Below are positions 55,504 through 64,000 of a DNA stretch of 64,000 nucleotides, piece by piece. The notes beneath the pieces are model-generated. The model did no database searches and was not told the origin of the DNA. It worked only from the letters and a program-made list of their open reading frames with translations. The position numbers and the translations under genes are program-made. Source of the stretch: Alphaproteobacteria bacterium (GTDB lineage Bacteria > Pseudomonadota > Alphaproteobacteria > G965222575); NCBI GenBank assembly GCA_965222575.1, contig OZ244958.1, forward strand, positions 160,001-224,000. The letters run 5' to 3'. Positions within the stretch are counted from its first letter, which is position 1. Every line of letters starts with the position of its first letter.

Positions 55504-56475
55504 TCAAAGGGTTACATCTGTGTAGAGGTCTTCAGGAGGAGGAAGGGGGGCTTTGAGTGCGTCTTTAGCAACTGTCATCATTTGTTTACGGGCTGCATTG
55601 TCAATTTGTTGCAGGGTTTCCTCATCGACCCCGTTTTTAAGGAGGATTTTTTGGAGACGTGTGAGGCAATCCTTATGGTCTTTGACCTGTTGGACTTCTT
55701 CTTTTGAGCGGTATTGTCCTGGGTCTGACATGGAGTGTCCTTTATATCGATATGTCATCATTTCGAGGACTAGCGGTCCTTTTTTTGAGCGGACGCTTGC
55801 GGCGGCTTTTTGTGTTTCCCGAGTAACAGCTAGAACATCCAAGCCATCAATTTTTTTTCCTTTAACGCCGAAATGAACGCCTTTTTGAGAGAGTTCCGTG
55901 TAAGCTGTTGAGCGTTTGAGAGCTGTTCCCATACCATAGAGGTTATTTTCAATGATATAGAGAATAGGGAGTTTCCATAAAGCGGCCATATTCATTGCCT
56001 CATAGACCTGTCCTTGATTAGCAGCCCCATCTCCATAGAAGCAAGCGGTGATATGGTTAGTATTTTTATAACGTTGTGCAAGTGCAATGCCGGTTCCCAA
56101 GGGGACATTTGCCCCTACAACGCCATGTCCGCCGTAAAAGTTTTTCTTCAAGGAAAACATATGCATACTACCGCCCTTCCCTTTTGAGTAGCCATTCCGC
56201 CTGCCAACGAGCTCAGCCATAACTCTCAGAGGAGACATATTCATAGCAATCATTTGACCATGGTCTCTGTAAGTTGTAATGACTGCATCTTCTTTTTTAA
56301 GGACTGCAAGAACGCCTGCTACAACGGCTTCCTGTCCAAGGCACAGATGACAAAATCCCCCAATCTCGCCTTTTGTGTACAGGACGCTCACGCGCTCTTC
56401 AAAACGTCTGATTCGTATCATCTGCCGATACAGCTCTATCATTTTGTCTTTTGAAAGAGAGAACTCTGTAGCCAT
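55504..56475 (-). CDS. pdhA: Pyruvate dehydrogenase E1 alpha subunit
   Basis: IGGFCHL, GKGGSMH, YGDGAANQGQ, TYRY.GHSMSDP. Confidence 0.97.
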   Translation of the reverse strand: MATEFSLSKDKMIELYRQMIRIRRFEERVSVLYTKGEIGGFCHLCLGQEAVVAGVLAVLKKEDAVITTYRDHGQMIAMNMSPLRVMAELVGRRNGYSKGKGGSMHMFSLKKNFYGGHGVVGANVPLGTGIALAQRYKNTNHITACFYGDGAANQGQVYEAMNMAALWKLPILYIIENNLYGMGTALKRSTAYTELSQKGVHFGVKGKKIDGLDVLAVTRETQKAAASVRSKKGPLVLEMMTYRYKGHSMSDPGQYRSKEEVQQVKDHKDCLTRLQKILLKNGVDEETLQQIDNAARKQMMTVAKDALKAPLPPPEDLYTDVTL

Positions 56476-56777
56476 TATTCCTCCTTGTTTGGCAAGATGA
56501 GATATTCTGTTGGTGCGTGAAAGCCAAAGGTATCTTTTAATCGCTCTTCCAGCAAATCCATCTTTAAGGTATCAGAACTGAGATTGTTAACATGAACCGT
56601 TAAGGCTTCCACCTGTTTTTTAGTAGAGATAAGTTCTTGAGAAAGTGTTGTGCGTATGGTACGCAGCTTCCAATAATCCCGTAATCCGAAATCATCCCAA
56701 ACCATGCCGTAAGCTATGTACAATGACAAACACGCCAACACCACAAGACCAAAAATATATTTTAAGGATGCTATCAT
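56475..56777 (-). CDS. ftsB: Septum formation initiator (FtsB/DivIC family)
   Basis: N-terminal TM, GL, coiled coil, DLLEE.....G...P.E; canonical position before pdhA. Confidence 0.75.
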   Translation of the reverse strand: MIASLKYIFGLVVLACLSLYIAYGMVWDDFGLRDYWKLRTIRTTLSQELISTKKQVEALTVHVNNLSSDTLKMDLLEERLKDTFGFHAPTEYLILPNKEE

Positions 56778-56830
56778 AGTCTATTTATTGTGACCGCTAT
56801 TGATGAAATTGTCTAGTAAGAACTCAGTTC

Positions 56831-56924
56831 TCTCCCCTTTTCTCAAGTGTGTTGGGGGTTTTCGTCAAAGAGAGGAGTAGAGACTCACCGCAACCCCTGC
56901 CTGCTTTATGGAGAAGAGGGGGGA
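56831..56924 (+). other. Intergenic sequence able to fold as a nested rod-like stem-loop
   Basis: 14-bp stem 56831-56844 / 56911-56924 (2 G-U pairs), inner GGGGTT/AACCCC, terminal GAGT-AGAG-ACTC. Confidence 0.35.
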
Positions 56925-56927
56925 CTA

Positions 56928-57440
56928 CTAGTTTTCAGTAGGCACTGGTTGTGGCTGTAGGACGGACACAAAGTTTGCTTCTGCTGTCATGTGATCATTG
57001 ACGGTGCAGAAGCCTTTAAGGGAAAAGAATCGTTTCCCGCGCAGAGGTCTATCTGTGTCTACGATTACCTTAACAATCATAACATCTCCGGGCAGGACGG
57101 GGCGTTTGAAGACGAGGTTTGTGACTTTGACAAGATAGGGAGTCATGTGTCTGAGTTCATCAGTAGAGGTATCGCGTGGAAACCATGGTTGTTTAGAGAA
57201 AGCTTCTAAGGATAAATAAATAAATAAAAGGCCTGTTTGGGCAATACTTTCCATTTGCAGGACGCCGGGCATGATAGGATTGTTTGGGAAGTGTCCCTGA
57301 AAAAAAGGTTCGTTATAGGAAAGGTTTTTTTGACAGGTGATGGTTTTCCCTTTTTGTATGTCAAGGATTTTATCCACCATGAGGAAGGGTGCCCTATGGG
57401 GTAGGAGACTTAAAATCTCTTCAATGGAAGATTTTGTCAT
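56928..57440 (-). CDS. fabZ: 3-hydroxyacyl-ACP dehydratase
   Basis: LPHR.PFLMVD, NEPFFQGHFP, MPGVL..E..AQ, F.RPV.PGD. Confidence 0.95.
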   Translation of the reverse strand: MTKSSIEEILSLLPHRAPFLMVDKILDIQKGKTITCQKNLSYNEPFFQGHFPNNPIMPGVLQMESIAQTGLLFIYLSLEAFSKQPWFPRDTSTDELRHMTPYLVKVTNLVFKRPVLPGDVMIVKVIVDTDRPLRGKRFFSLKGFCTVNDHMTAEANFVSVLQPQPVPTEN

Positions 57441-57471
57441 GTCTCTACTTTTCCCATCATTGAGGTTTATA

Positions 57472-58038
57472 TTATTGTAGGGCTTTTGGTTTGTCTAAGG
57501 TAACGTTAGGCAAAGTGGCATCAAGTTTTTTTAAGAATTCCACAGTGAGGTCTAGGGAGAAGTGAAAATAAATAGCGGATTCTCTTTGTAGCACGGCCAT
57601 GACTTTTTGACTTTTGCCGTAATCAGCCACGAGTTTGCTTAAGGCATAGAAGATTTCATCATTAGCTTTTTCCATAGAGTTTTTGAGTTCATTTTCAGTT
57701 CTTTGGACATCTTCTTGGAATCCGAGGACGTTGCGGGCGAATTTTTGTCGTTCCAGCGCCCAGACTTCGGGAGAGACGAGCTCTTGGCTTTTTTCTAAGG
57801 CTAAGTCTTGTTCTTTTAGTTTTTCCTGTAGAGGCGTGAAGTAGATTTGTAATTTTTTCTTATGGTCTTCCAGTTGTTTTTCCACATCGGCATAAGCCTT
57901 TGAGTTTTTGACGACCTTTTCAAAGTCTACGAAAATGACTTTTCCCTCTAAGGATTCGGCAATGACAGGGTTAACGACGAACAGGCAAGCGGCCAGTGAG
58001 AAGAGTCCGCAAGAAAGATAAAAGCTGAAACGAGGCAT
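57472..58038 (-). CDS. skp: OmpH/Skp periplasmic chaperone
   Basis: Signal peptide, VD...V...S.A, long helices, DLT..FL..LD; follows bamA. Confidence 0.85.
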   Translation of the reverse strand: MPRFSFYLSCGLFSLAACLFVVNPVIAESLEGKVIFVDFEKVVKNSKAYADVEKQLEDHKKKLQIYFTPLQEKLKEQDLALEKSQELVSPEVWALERQKFARNVLGFQEDVQRTENELKNSMEKANDEIFYALSKLVADYGKSQKVMAVLQRESAIYFHFSLDLTVEFLKKLDATLPNVTLDKPKALQ

Positions 58039-58080
58039 AAGAGGTCTCCTTGAAAATAATGTTAGGGAAGTTCTATCATA

Positions 58081-60348
58081 CTAAAATAGCGTACCAATGG
58101 AAAACAAAAAATATTGTGTTCTATCATAAGGTTCTGACCTGAGGACTTTTGTCCAGCTGAATTGGAGTTGTCCGGCGGGAGAATTCCAGATAAAAGCAAA
58201 TCCTGTTGTGAGGCGGATTTTGCTACTATCCCAGTAGGAGCCTACGTTAGAGCCTGCATCAATTTTCGAAAGATTGCCCGCAAGAAGAAAAAACTTGCCA
58301 AAGAAACCAAGGCCTTGAGAGATAGGAAACTTCACAGAGCCCTCTGCTAAGTAATAAAAGTTTCCGCCTAAAGCTTCAAGTCGTCTTTTATCTCTAGGGC
58401 CTATGCCCCAATAGTCGAAGCCTAAGAATTCGTGTCCCCCTAAATTGAAGCGCTGCCCTGACTTGATGGTTCCCTGTCCAATGCCTGTGACATGCCCTAT
58501 TTTGAAGATAGTCTGTAAGGTAAAGGTTTGGGATAAGGGATAGTAATGACTATACTTTGCTGTTGTTCTCAGATACTTATTGTGACCGCCGAGACCGGCG
58601 AGGTCTTGACTCCATCGTAAAGCAAGACCTCTTGTGGGATAGTAATAGTTATTGGTTAAGTTGTAATTGAGGGTATAGCCAACGCTTGAGGTATAAGAGA
58701 CTCCTTCTTTATCCTTTAGGAGGTCGGAGGTTGCTTCTGGTAAATCCGTGATGAATGTTCTTGTTAAGGAGTAACGTGCTGATTGCGTTAAATTAGAAGT
58801 ATACCGCCATCCGAAGCTTACTCCTGTTCCAATGGTGTTACCGTTGTAAGAATAATAGGTTCCTTTTTTGTAATTCTGTTTATAAAGATGCAAAGTTGCC
58901 GATAAGGGCAGTCCGCGAAATCTTGGCTCTGTATAGCTGAAGTTAATGCTAGAGGTTCCTTTTGAAGTATCCAAGGTGAGATTTATACCCCGTCCTGTTC
59001 CCATGAAGTTATTTTCGCCGAAATCAATCTGTAAGGAAAAGCCCTCAAGATTAGAATATCCGCCGCCAATCATGAATCGACCAGTAGGCTGTTCTTTGAC
59101 ACTCACATTGAGAACGACCCACCCCTCTTTACTAGCTGGTTCTGTGGTGATAGAGACATTGGCAAAGAAGCCCGTTGCCATGAGTCGTCTTTCTGACTGT
59201 TTGAGGAAAATGTCATTGAAGGCATCCCCTTCTACAATGAGGAGTTCGCGTCTAATGACGCGGTCGTATGTTCTAGTATTCCCATAGATGCGGATTTTAT
59301 CCACATACTGGTAGGGAGCTTGTTGCACGAGGAAGTGGAGATCCACAGTGGAGGCGGTATGATTTAAGGAGAGTTTTGGCATAATAGTGAGGAAGACATC
59401 ATGTCCTTGCTTAAAGTTGCGGATAAGAGAATCCACAAGGTCATCCACAGCGAAATAGTTATAGACATGCCCGGGTTTGAGGGTAATGCGTTTTCTGAGG
59501 GCGTCGAGGTCTACATAGGAGACTTCTGAGTCGACAGTAATTTTGCCATAGCGGTACAAGTCCCCTTCTTCAATGACAAAGGTGAGGACTAAAGCCTGTT
59601 GATTGGCCATCAGTTCTGTGACAGAGGCGGTGACTTTCACATCAGCATATCCCCGCGATAAATAGTATTGCATAATAAGCGACTGGTCATAAGCGATTCT
59701 ATCGTTATCATACACCGAGGTAGCGGACGAAAATCGCAAGCCCTTACGTTCTTTAGAAATAATGACTTTTCGTAATGTTCTATCTGAGAAGACATGGTTA
59801 CCGGAAAAGAGGATTTTTTCGATTTTACGTTTTGCACCAGAAAAGAGCTCAAAGACAACATCCACACGATTTTGGGTTCTATAAATGAGTTTAGGGGTGA
59901 CTTTAGCGGCAAAGTATCCATTTTTAGAAAAGAGCTGTAAAATGCGGTTGACATCCGCTTCGAGTTTTCGTTTTGTGTAAGGGGCTCTGGATTTGAGGAG
60001 CAGGTCAGCACGCAAGGTATCATCTGAGAGTTTGGTAGACCCTTCAAAGAAGATTTTATTCACAATAGGCGTTTCTTTGACCGTAATGACTAAGACATTA
60101 TCAGCTTGCATGGTGAAGGAGACATCTTCAAAGAGTCCCGTTTTATAGAGGTTTTTAAGAGCAGCATCCAGGATTTCATCGGTAATGACCATCTGTTTGC
60201 CTAAAGCGACATAAGAGAGGATGGTTTCTGTCTGTACTCTTTTGTTCCCGACGCACAGGACTTTTGAGATAGTCCAGGTACGGGCACTAAGGGGCTGTGA
60301 CAAGAGCGGCGTCAGGAGAAAGAGCAAGAAGAGGAGGCGTTTCATCAT
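58081..60348 (-). CDS. bamA: Outer membrane protein assembly factor BamA (start ATG 60348)
   Basis: POTRA motifs GNKRV..ETI and GNTRT.D.VIRRE, N.MG.G, GF....IGPR, C-terminal F.FSIGTLF. Confidence 0.96.
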   Translation of the reverse strand: MMKRLLFLLFLLTPLLSQPLSARTWTISKVLCVGNKRVQTETILSYVALGKQMVITDEILDAALKNLYKTGLFEDVSFTMQADNVLVITVKETPIVNKIFFEGSTKLSDDTLRADLLLKSRAPYTKRKLEADVNRILQLFSKNGYFAAKVTPKLIYRTQNRVDVVFELFSGAKRKIEKILFSGNHVFSDRTLRKVIISKERKGLRFSSATSVYDNDRIAYDQSLIMQYYLSRGYADVKVTASVTELMANQQALVLTFVIEEGDLYRYGKITVDSEVSYVDLDALRKRITLKPGHVYNYFAVDDLVDSLIRNFKQGHDVFLTIMPKLSLNHTASTVDLHFLVQQAPYQYVDKIRIYGNTRTYDRVIRRELLIVEGDAFNDIFLKQSERRLMATGFFANVSITTEPASKEGWVVLNVSVKEQPTGRFMIGGGYSNLEGFSLQIDFGENNFMGTGRGINLTLDTSKGTSSINFSYTEPRFRGLPLSATLHLYKQNYKKGTYYSYNGNTIGTGVSFGWRYTSNLTQSARYSLTRTFITDLPEATSDLLKDKEGVSYTSSVGYTLNYNLTNNYYYPTRGLALRWSQDLAGLGGHNKYLRTTAKYSHYYPLSQTFTLQTIFKIGHVTGIGQGTIKSGQRFNLGGHEFLGFDYWGIGPRDKRRLEALGGNFYYLAEGSVKFPISQGLGFFGKFFLLAGNLSKIDAGSNVGSYWDSSKIRLTTGFAFIWNSPAGQLQFSWTKVLRSEPYDRTQYFLFSIGTLF

Positions 60349-61406
60349 GAGAAAAAAGTCAAGATATCGTTCCATGTTGCAAAGAGGATTAAGGCAATCA
60401 ACAGGCATGCACCAGCAATCATGAGAAGTTCTTGGAAACGTCTAGGCAGTGGTTTTCCTATAAGGCCTTCTAGGAGATAGAAGAGCAAATGCCCTCCATC
60501 TAAAGCAGGAATAGGCAAGAGGTTGAGCAGGCCGAGGCTAATAGATAAGAGCGCTGTGAAATTAATCAGTGGAGCGAGTCCAGCACGTGCGGCTTCTCCG
60601 GACATTTTTGCAATACCAACAGGACCAGCTAAGGAGTCTATAGGCGTTTTTTTCACAAACAAGCCGCCAACAGCGCGCGCAATCATCACAGTTAAGTCGT
60701 AAACTCTCCTGAGGCTTTGGAAGAGAGCTTGCGGAGGGGAGAGCAACTGATAGGCATACTGTCCACTGCTCATAATCCCCAGTCTGCCCGGCGATACAGA
60801 AGCACTGGAACGGTCTAGTACAACAGAAAGTTCCGCCTCATCACGCCTGATGAGAATGTGAAAAGGGAGACTGGGGGATTGTTGAAAGAATTGTACGATA
60901 TCATTAAAGGTAGCAACTTGTGTGTCCCCTAAGGCTAGGATACGGTCGCCTGCTTTCAGTCCTATGGTAGAAGCCGCAGAATTGTTCTGTACCTTTCCAA
61001 TAACGGGAGCAAGTTGCGGCTGTCCCGCAACAGTATAGAGAGCGACCAAGAGCAGTAGCGCTAAGGCAAAATTCGCAACAGGTCCCGCTAGCACCACCAA
61101 GACTCTGGAGAGCAAAGGGTATTGCCAAAATTCCTTATGGTTTGGTTGGGGAATAGGGGGGGGGCGTTTCTTATCCGGAGGCAGCATATCCCCTTGGAAC
61201 TTGACATATCCCCCTAGAGGAATGGAGGCAATTTGAAAGGAGGTGTTGCCTTTTGATTGCCACTTGTAAAGAGGCTTGCCAAAGCCTATAGAGAAGATTT
61301 TCGCCCTAATACCACAGGCCTTGCCAACCCAAAAGTGTCCCGCCTCGTGAACAAGGACAAGGAGGAAAAAGATAAGAAGAAATGTCAAAAGTGAGAGAAC
61401 AATCAT
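60345..61406 (-). CDS. rseP: RIP metalloprotease RseP
   Basis: HEAGH, FSIGFG, PLGGYVKF, PDZ domain, NLLPIPALDGG. Confidence 0.96.
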   Translation of the reverse strand: MIVLSLLTFLLIFFLLVLVHEAGHFWVGKACGIRAKIFSIGFGKPLYKWQSKGNTSFQIASIPLGGYVKFQGDMLPPDKKRPPPIPQPNHKEFWQYPLLSRVLVVLAGPVANFALALLLLVALYTVAGQPQLAPVIGKVQNNSAASTIGLKAGDRILALGDTQVATFNDIVQFFQQSPSLPFHILIRRDEAELSVVLDRSSASVSPGRLGIMSSGQYAYQLLSPPQALFQSLRRVYDLTVMIARAVGGLFVKKTPIDSLAGPVGIAKMSGEAARAGLAPLINFTALLSISLGLLNLLPIPALDGGHLLFYLLEGLIGKPLPRRFQELLMIAGACLLIALILFATWNDILTFFS

Positions 61407-62593
61407 GAAAGGGCTTCGTATTGCGGGCGTTGTTGTAGCGTTTGTAAGGTGAGTTTTCTCGTCTGCTGATTCACCTCACTGATATCTTTGAAATCTCGCA
61501 TAGTACTCTGTTGCCTTGTTTTAGAAAAACACTCCATGACGCTATGTATGAGAGGAATAATATCTAAAAAACTGATTTTTCGTTGAAAGAAAGCTTCTGC
61601 GACCACTTCATTAGCAGCATTAAAAGCACAACAAGCAGCCTGCCCTAAGGCAGCAGCTTCCCGCGCGATGCTAACAGCAGAGAAGACCTCTTCGTCTAAA
61701 GCGTCGAAGGTGAGGTGTTGCATCTGTGTTAAAGACAAGATAGGAGACAAGATATCACGTTCTTCTGGCCATTGCCAAGCATAAGCTAAAGAGACTTCCA
61801 TGGACGGGGGAGACAGGAACGCTATGATAGTGCCATCCTGTTTTGTCACCAGTGCATGAACAATGCACTGTGGGTGAAGGACGACCTCAATTGTGTGAGG
61901 AGGCGTGTTGAAGAGGACGGAGGCTTCAATAATTTCCATGCCTTTGTTGACGAGGGTTGCGGAGTCCAAAGAGATTTTTTTCCCCATAGACCATGTTGGG
62001 TGATTAACAGCCTGTTCGGGGGTGATTTGTTTCATTTTGTGTTTTGGGAGGTCTCTGAAGGGCCCTCCTGAAGCGGTGAGGGTTAGGGTATGGAAGGGTG
62101 AGGGGGTGTTCAGTCCGTTGAGGAGGCGAAACAGGGCATGATGTTCTGAGTCTACGGGGATGATGGAGGTCTCTGAGGCGGCGGCGATTTTTTGCAAGAG
62201 TTTGCCTGCGCAAACGACGGTTTCTTTATTAGCCAAAGCGAGAACCCGCGCCGCTTTAGCAGCAGCCAAAGTCGCAGGGACGCCGTCAAAGCCTGAGATA
62301 GCCGCTAAAGTCCAATCGACCTTAATAGAAGCAATCTCTTCAAGGGCTTTTTCTCCATAACTAACAGAGATAGGGAACTGTTTCAGTGCTGCCTTGAGAA
62401 TTCTCGCCTCTCCTAAAGAGGCAACAACGGCATGGCAAGGCAAAAAGCGCCGGCATTGTTGTATCATCACTTGGAGATTACGATGTCCGGTGAGTGCTAC
62501 AACTTGAAAGCTTTTTGGTGGGAGACGGTTGAGAATATTCAACGCCTGTCTTCCAACGCATCCAGTAGAGCCTAAAATGGTGATTCGTCTCAT
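61403..62593 (-). CDS. dxr: 1-deoxy-D-xylulose-5-phosphate reductoisomerase
   Basis: LGSTG, LANKE, PVDSEH, TASGGPFR, HPTWSMG.KIS.DSATL.NKG.E, NAANE. Confidence 0.97.
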   Translation of the reverse strand: MRRITILGSTGCVGRQALNILNRLPPKSFQVVALTGHRNLQVMIQQCRRFLPCHAVVASLGEARILKAALKQFPISVSYGEKALEEIASIKVDWTLAAISGFDGVPATLAAAKAARVLALANKETVVCAGKLLQKIAAASETSIIPVDSEHHALFRLLNGLNTPSPFHTLTLTASGGPFRDLPKHKMKQITPEQAVNHPTWSMGKKISLDSATLVNKGMEIIEASVLFNTPPHTIEVVLHPQCIVHALVTKQDGTIIAFLSPPSMEVSLAYAWQWPEERDILSPILSLTQMQHLTFDALDEEVFSAVSIAREAAALGQAACCAFNAANEVVAEAFFQRKISFLDIIPLIHSVMECFSKTRQQSTMRDFKDISEVNQQTRKLTLQTLQQRPQYEALS

Positions 62594-62599
62594 GGGGGG

Positions 62600-63475
62600 T
62601 TAGAGGAGTATGAAGAGGTAAAGAGCATAAAAGCAAGTAGCAGGGAGAAAACCATCCCATCTGTCCCAGATTCCGCCGTGTCCGGGCATAATGTTGCCGG
62701 TATTTTTGAGACCGCAACGGCGTTTGAGGAAAGAGAGGACAAGGTCACCGATTTGCACGATACAAGCGAGGGCAGCGGCTAGGAACAGGGGGGCGAAGAG
62801 GTGTGGGTTTTGGAGCGGAAAGGTTTGGGGGAAGAAGGAGCTGAAGAATGTACCAAAGGCTATAGCGCAGAAGAAACCGCCAAAGAATCCTATCCAAGTT
62901 TTGTTGGGAGAAGCAAGTGGCAAGAGTCTCCAAGGGAAGAAGCGTCTGAAGACGGCGCCAAAAAAAAAAGCAAAGGCATCCATACTCCAGACAACGACAA
63001 AGAGCCAAAGCATGAAAGCGGTTCCTGTTGGGTAAGAGAGGATGAAGAGGAAGGCCAGGGGAAAAGCTAAGACATAGAGGTATCCTAAGATGAGGGCTAT
63101 GCCATCACGCGTGGTGTTGAAGGTTGCAAGGGCAAGGAGGAGGACTGAGAGGGCAATGGCTATAAGATAGAGGAAGTGTTCGTTCTGGGAGAGGAGAGGG
63201 AAAGCGATGACAGGCCAAGAGACAAGGGGTATTGTGATGAGAAAAAGAGGATTTGTAAGGCGGAGGTGCCATTTTTTTTTCTGTATTTCATGAGTGGGGA
63301 GGAGGAGAGGAAGTCCTTCATAGATGAGGAGAGCAAGCGGCAAGAGGAGGAGCCACCGCATACTAGGGTCTTCTAGTAACAGTAAGGAAAGCAACATGAC
63401 AATCACATAAAGAGAGCCTGAGAGGCACCGCAAGGCACTATCATGTGGAAGAGAAAAGTATTGTAACCAGTGCAT
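62600..63475 (-). CDS. cdsA: Phosphatidate cytidylyltransferase
   Basis: SPNKTW.G, GDL..S.LKR..G.K..G...PGHGG..DR.DG. Confidence 0.93.
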   Translation of the reverse strand: MHWLQYFSLPHDSALRCLSGSLYVIVMLLSLLLLEDPSMRWLLLLPLALLIYEGLPLLLPTHEIQKKKWHLRLTNPLFLITIPLVSWPVIAFPLLSQNEHFLYLIAIALSVLLLALATFNTTRDGIALILGYLYVLAFPLAFLFILSYPTGTAFMLWLFVVVWSMDAFAFFFGAVFRRFFPWRLLPLASPNKTWIGFFGGFFCAIAFGTFFSSFFPQTFPLQNPHLFAPLFLAAALACIVQIGDLVLSFLKRRCGLKNTGNIMPGHGGIWDRWDGFLPATCFYALYLFILL

Positions 63476-63510
63476 ACTAGAAGTTGAGGAATGAGAGTGG
63501 GGGGGAGGGG

Positions 63511-64000
63511 TTAGAGACTGCCGTAAGACCTATTACGCTTTGAATAAAGGTTTATTATCTCACTAAAAAGGTCTTGTGTAAAGTCTGGCCAAAGGACTTT
63601 AGGGAAGGCAAGTTCGGCGTAAGCGGCTTGCCAGAGGAAGAAGTTACTTAATCGGCATTGTTTGCCGGTTCTGATGATGAGGTCTGGAGGGGGCAGGAGA
63701 TGGGTCATGAGGTTTTTTTCTATGGTCTCTTCAGAGATTTCCAGGGGGTCTATCAGGCCTTTTTTGACTTGTTGTGCAATCTGTTTTGTAGCGTTTAAGA
63801 GGTCATGTTTTCCGCCATAGTGGAAAGCAATGGTGAGGGTGAGGCTTGGGCGGGTGATGGAGGAGGCTTCATGGGTCATCATTTGGGAGATATCCTGTGG
63901 TAGGGACTGTATTTTGCCGATGAACTGAAGGTGAATATTGTGTTGGAGGAAAAAGTTTTGATATTGAGGGAAAGCAGATCTGAAGAGGTTATAGAGCAAG
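63511..64000 (-). CDS. uppS: Undecaprenyl diphosphate synthase, C-terminal part (5' end outside the window)
   Basis: YGG, PDLIIRTG..RLSNF.LWQ.AYAEL, LWPDF, R.YG. Confidence 0.93.
   Translation of the reverse strand, partial: LLYNLFRSAFPQYQNFFLQHNIHLQFIGKIQSLPQDISQMMTHEASSITRPSLTLTIAFHYGGKHDLLNATKQIAQQVKKGLIDPLEISEETIEKNLMTHLLPPPDLIIRTGKQCRLSNFFLWQAAYAELAFPKVLWPDFTQDLFSEIINLYSKRNRSYGSL

Noticed and set aside
313-63376. Numerous 60-145 aa ORFs antisense to or overlapping core genes
   Set aside because: These are shadow ORFs of well-supported genes, favoured by the strong strand bias, with no independent motifs.

Overview
The window is mostly housekeeping chromosome from a divergent, compact-genome alphaproteobacterium. 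It carries hppA (partial), a Gld-like ABC operon, ihfA-merR, an NDUFS4 homologue, hslUV, guaB, icd, tRNA-His, prs-rplY-pth-ychF, glmUS, eno-tkt-gap-pgk, pyrF-accD-folC-carD, lptFGD-surA-pdxA-rsmA, the pdh cluster and uppS-cdsA-dxr-rseP-bamA-skp-fabZ. I found no transposase, integrase, cas gene or reverse transcriptase. The most striking signal is a recurring class of repeats built from the ends of neighbouring genes. Two arrays of about 1.1-1.3 kb (7156-8460, 27950-29068) have units that are microhomology-joined mosaics of the 3' end of the adjacent gene. Smaller versions of the same process sit at the pdxA start and at the pdhB/pdhC junction, the latter creating an in-frame chimeric ORF. The first array is faced by a promoter, strong RBS, mini-ORF and switchable terminator. 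Other observations: lpx and kdsA genes missing from their usual loci while lptFGD is kept, a poly-G spacer in the promoter of an outer-membrane protein, a 1558-aa S-layer-like protein, a frameshifted pal, and strong GC skew that alternates at kilobase scale. All calls come from reading motifs by eye; no searches were run.
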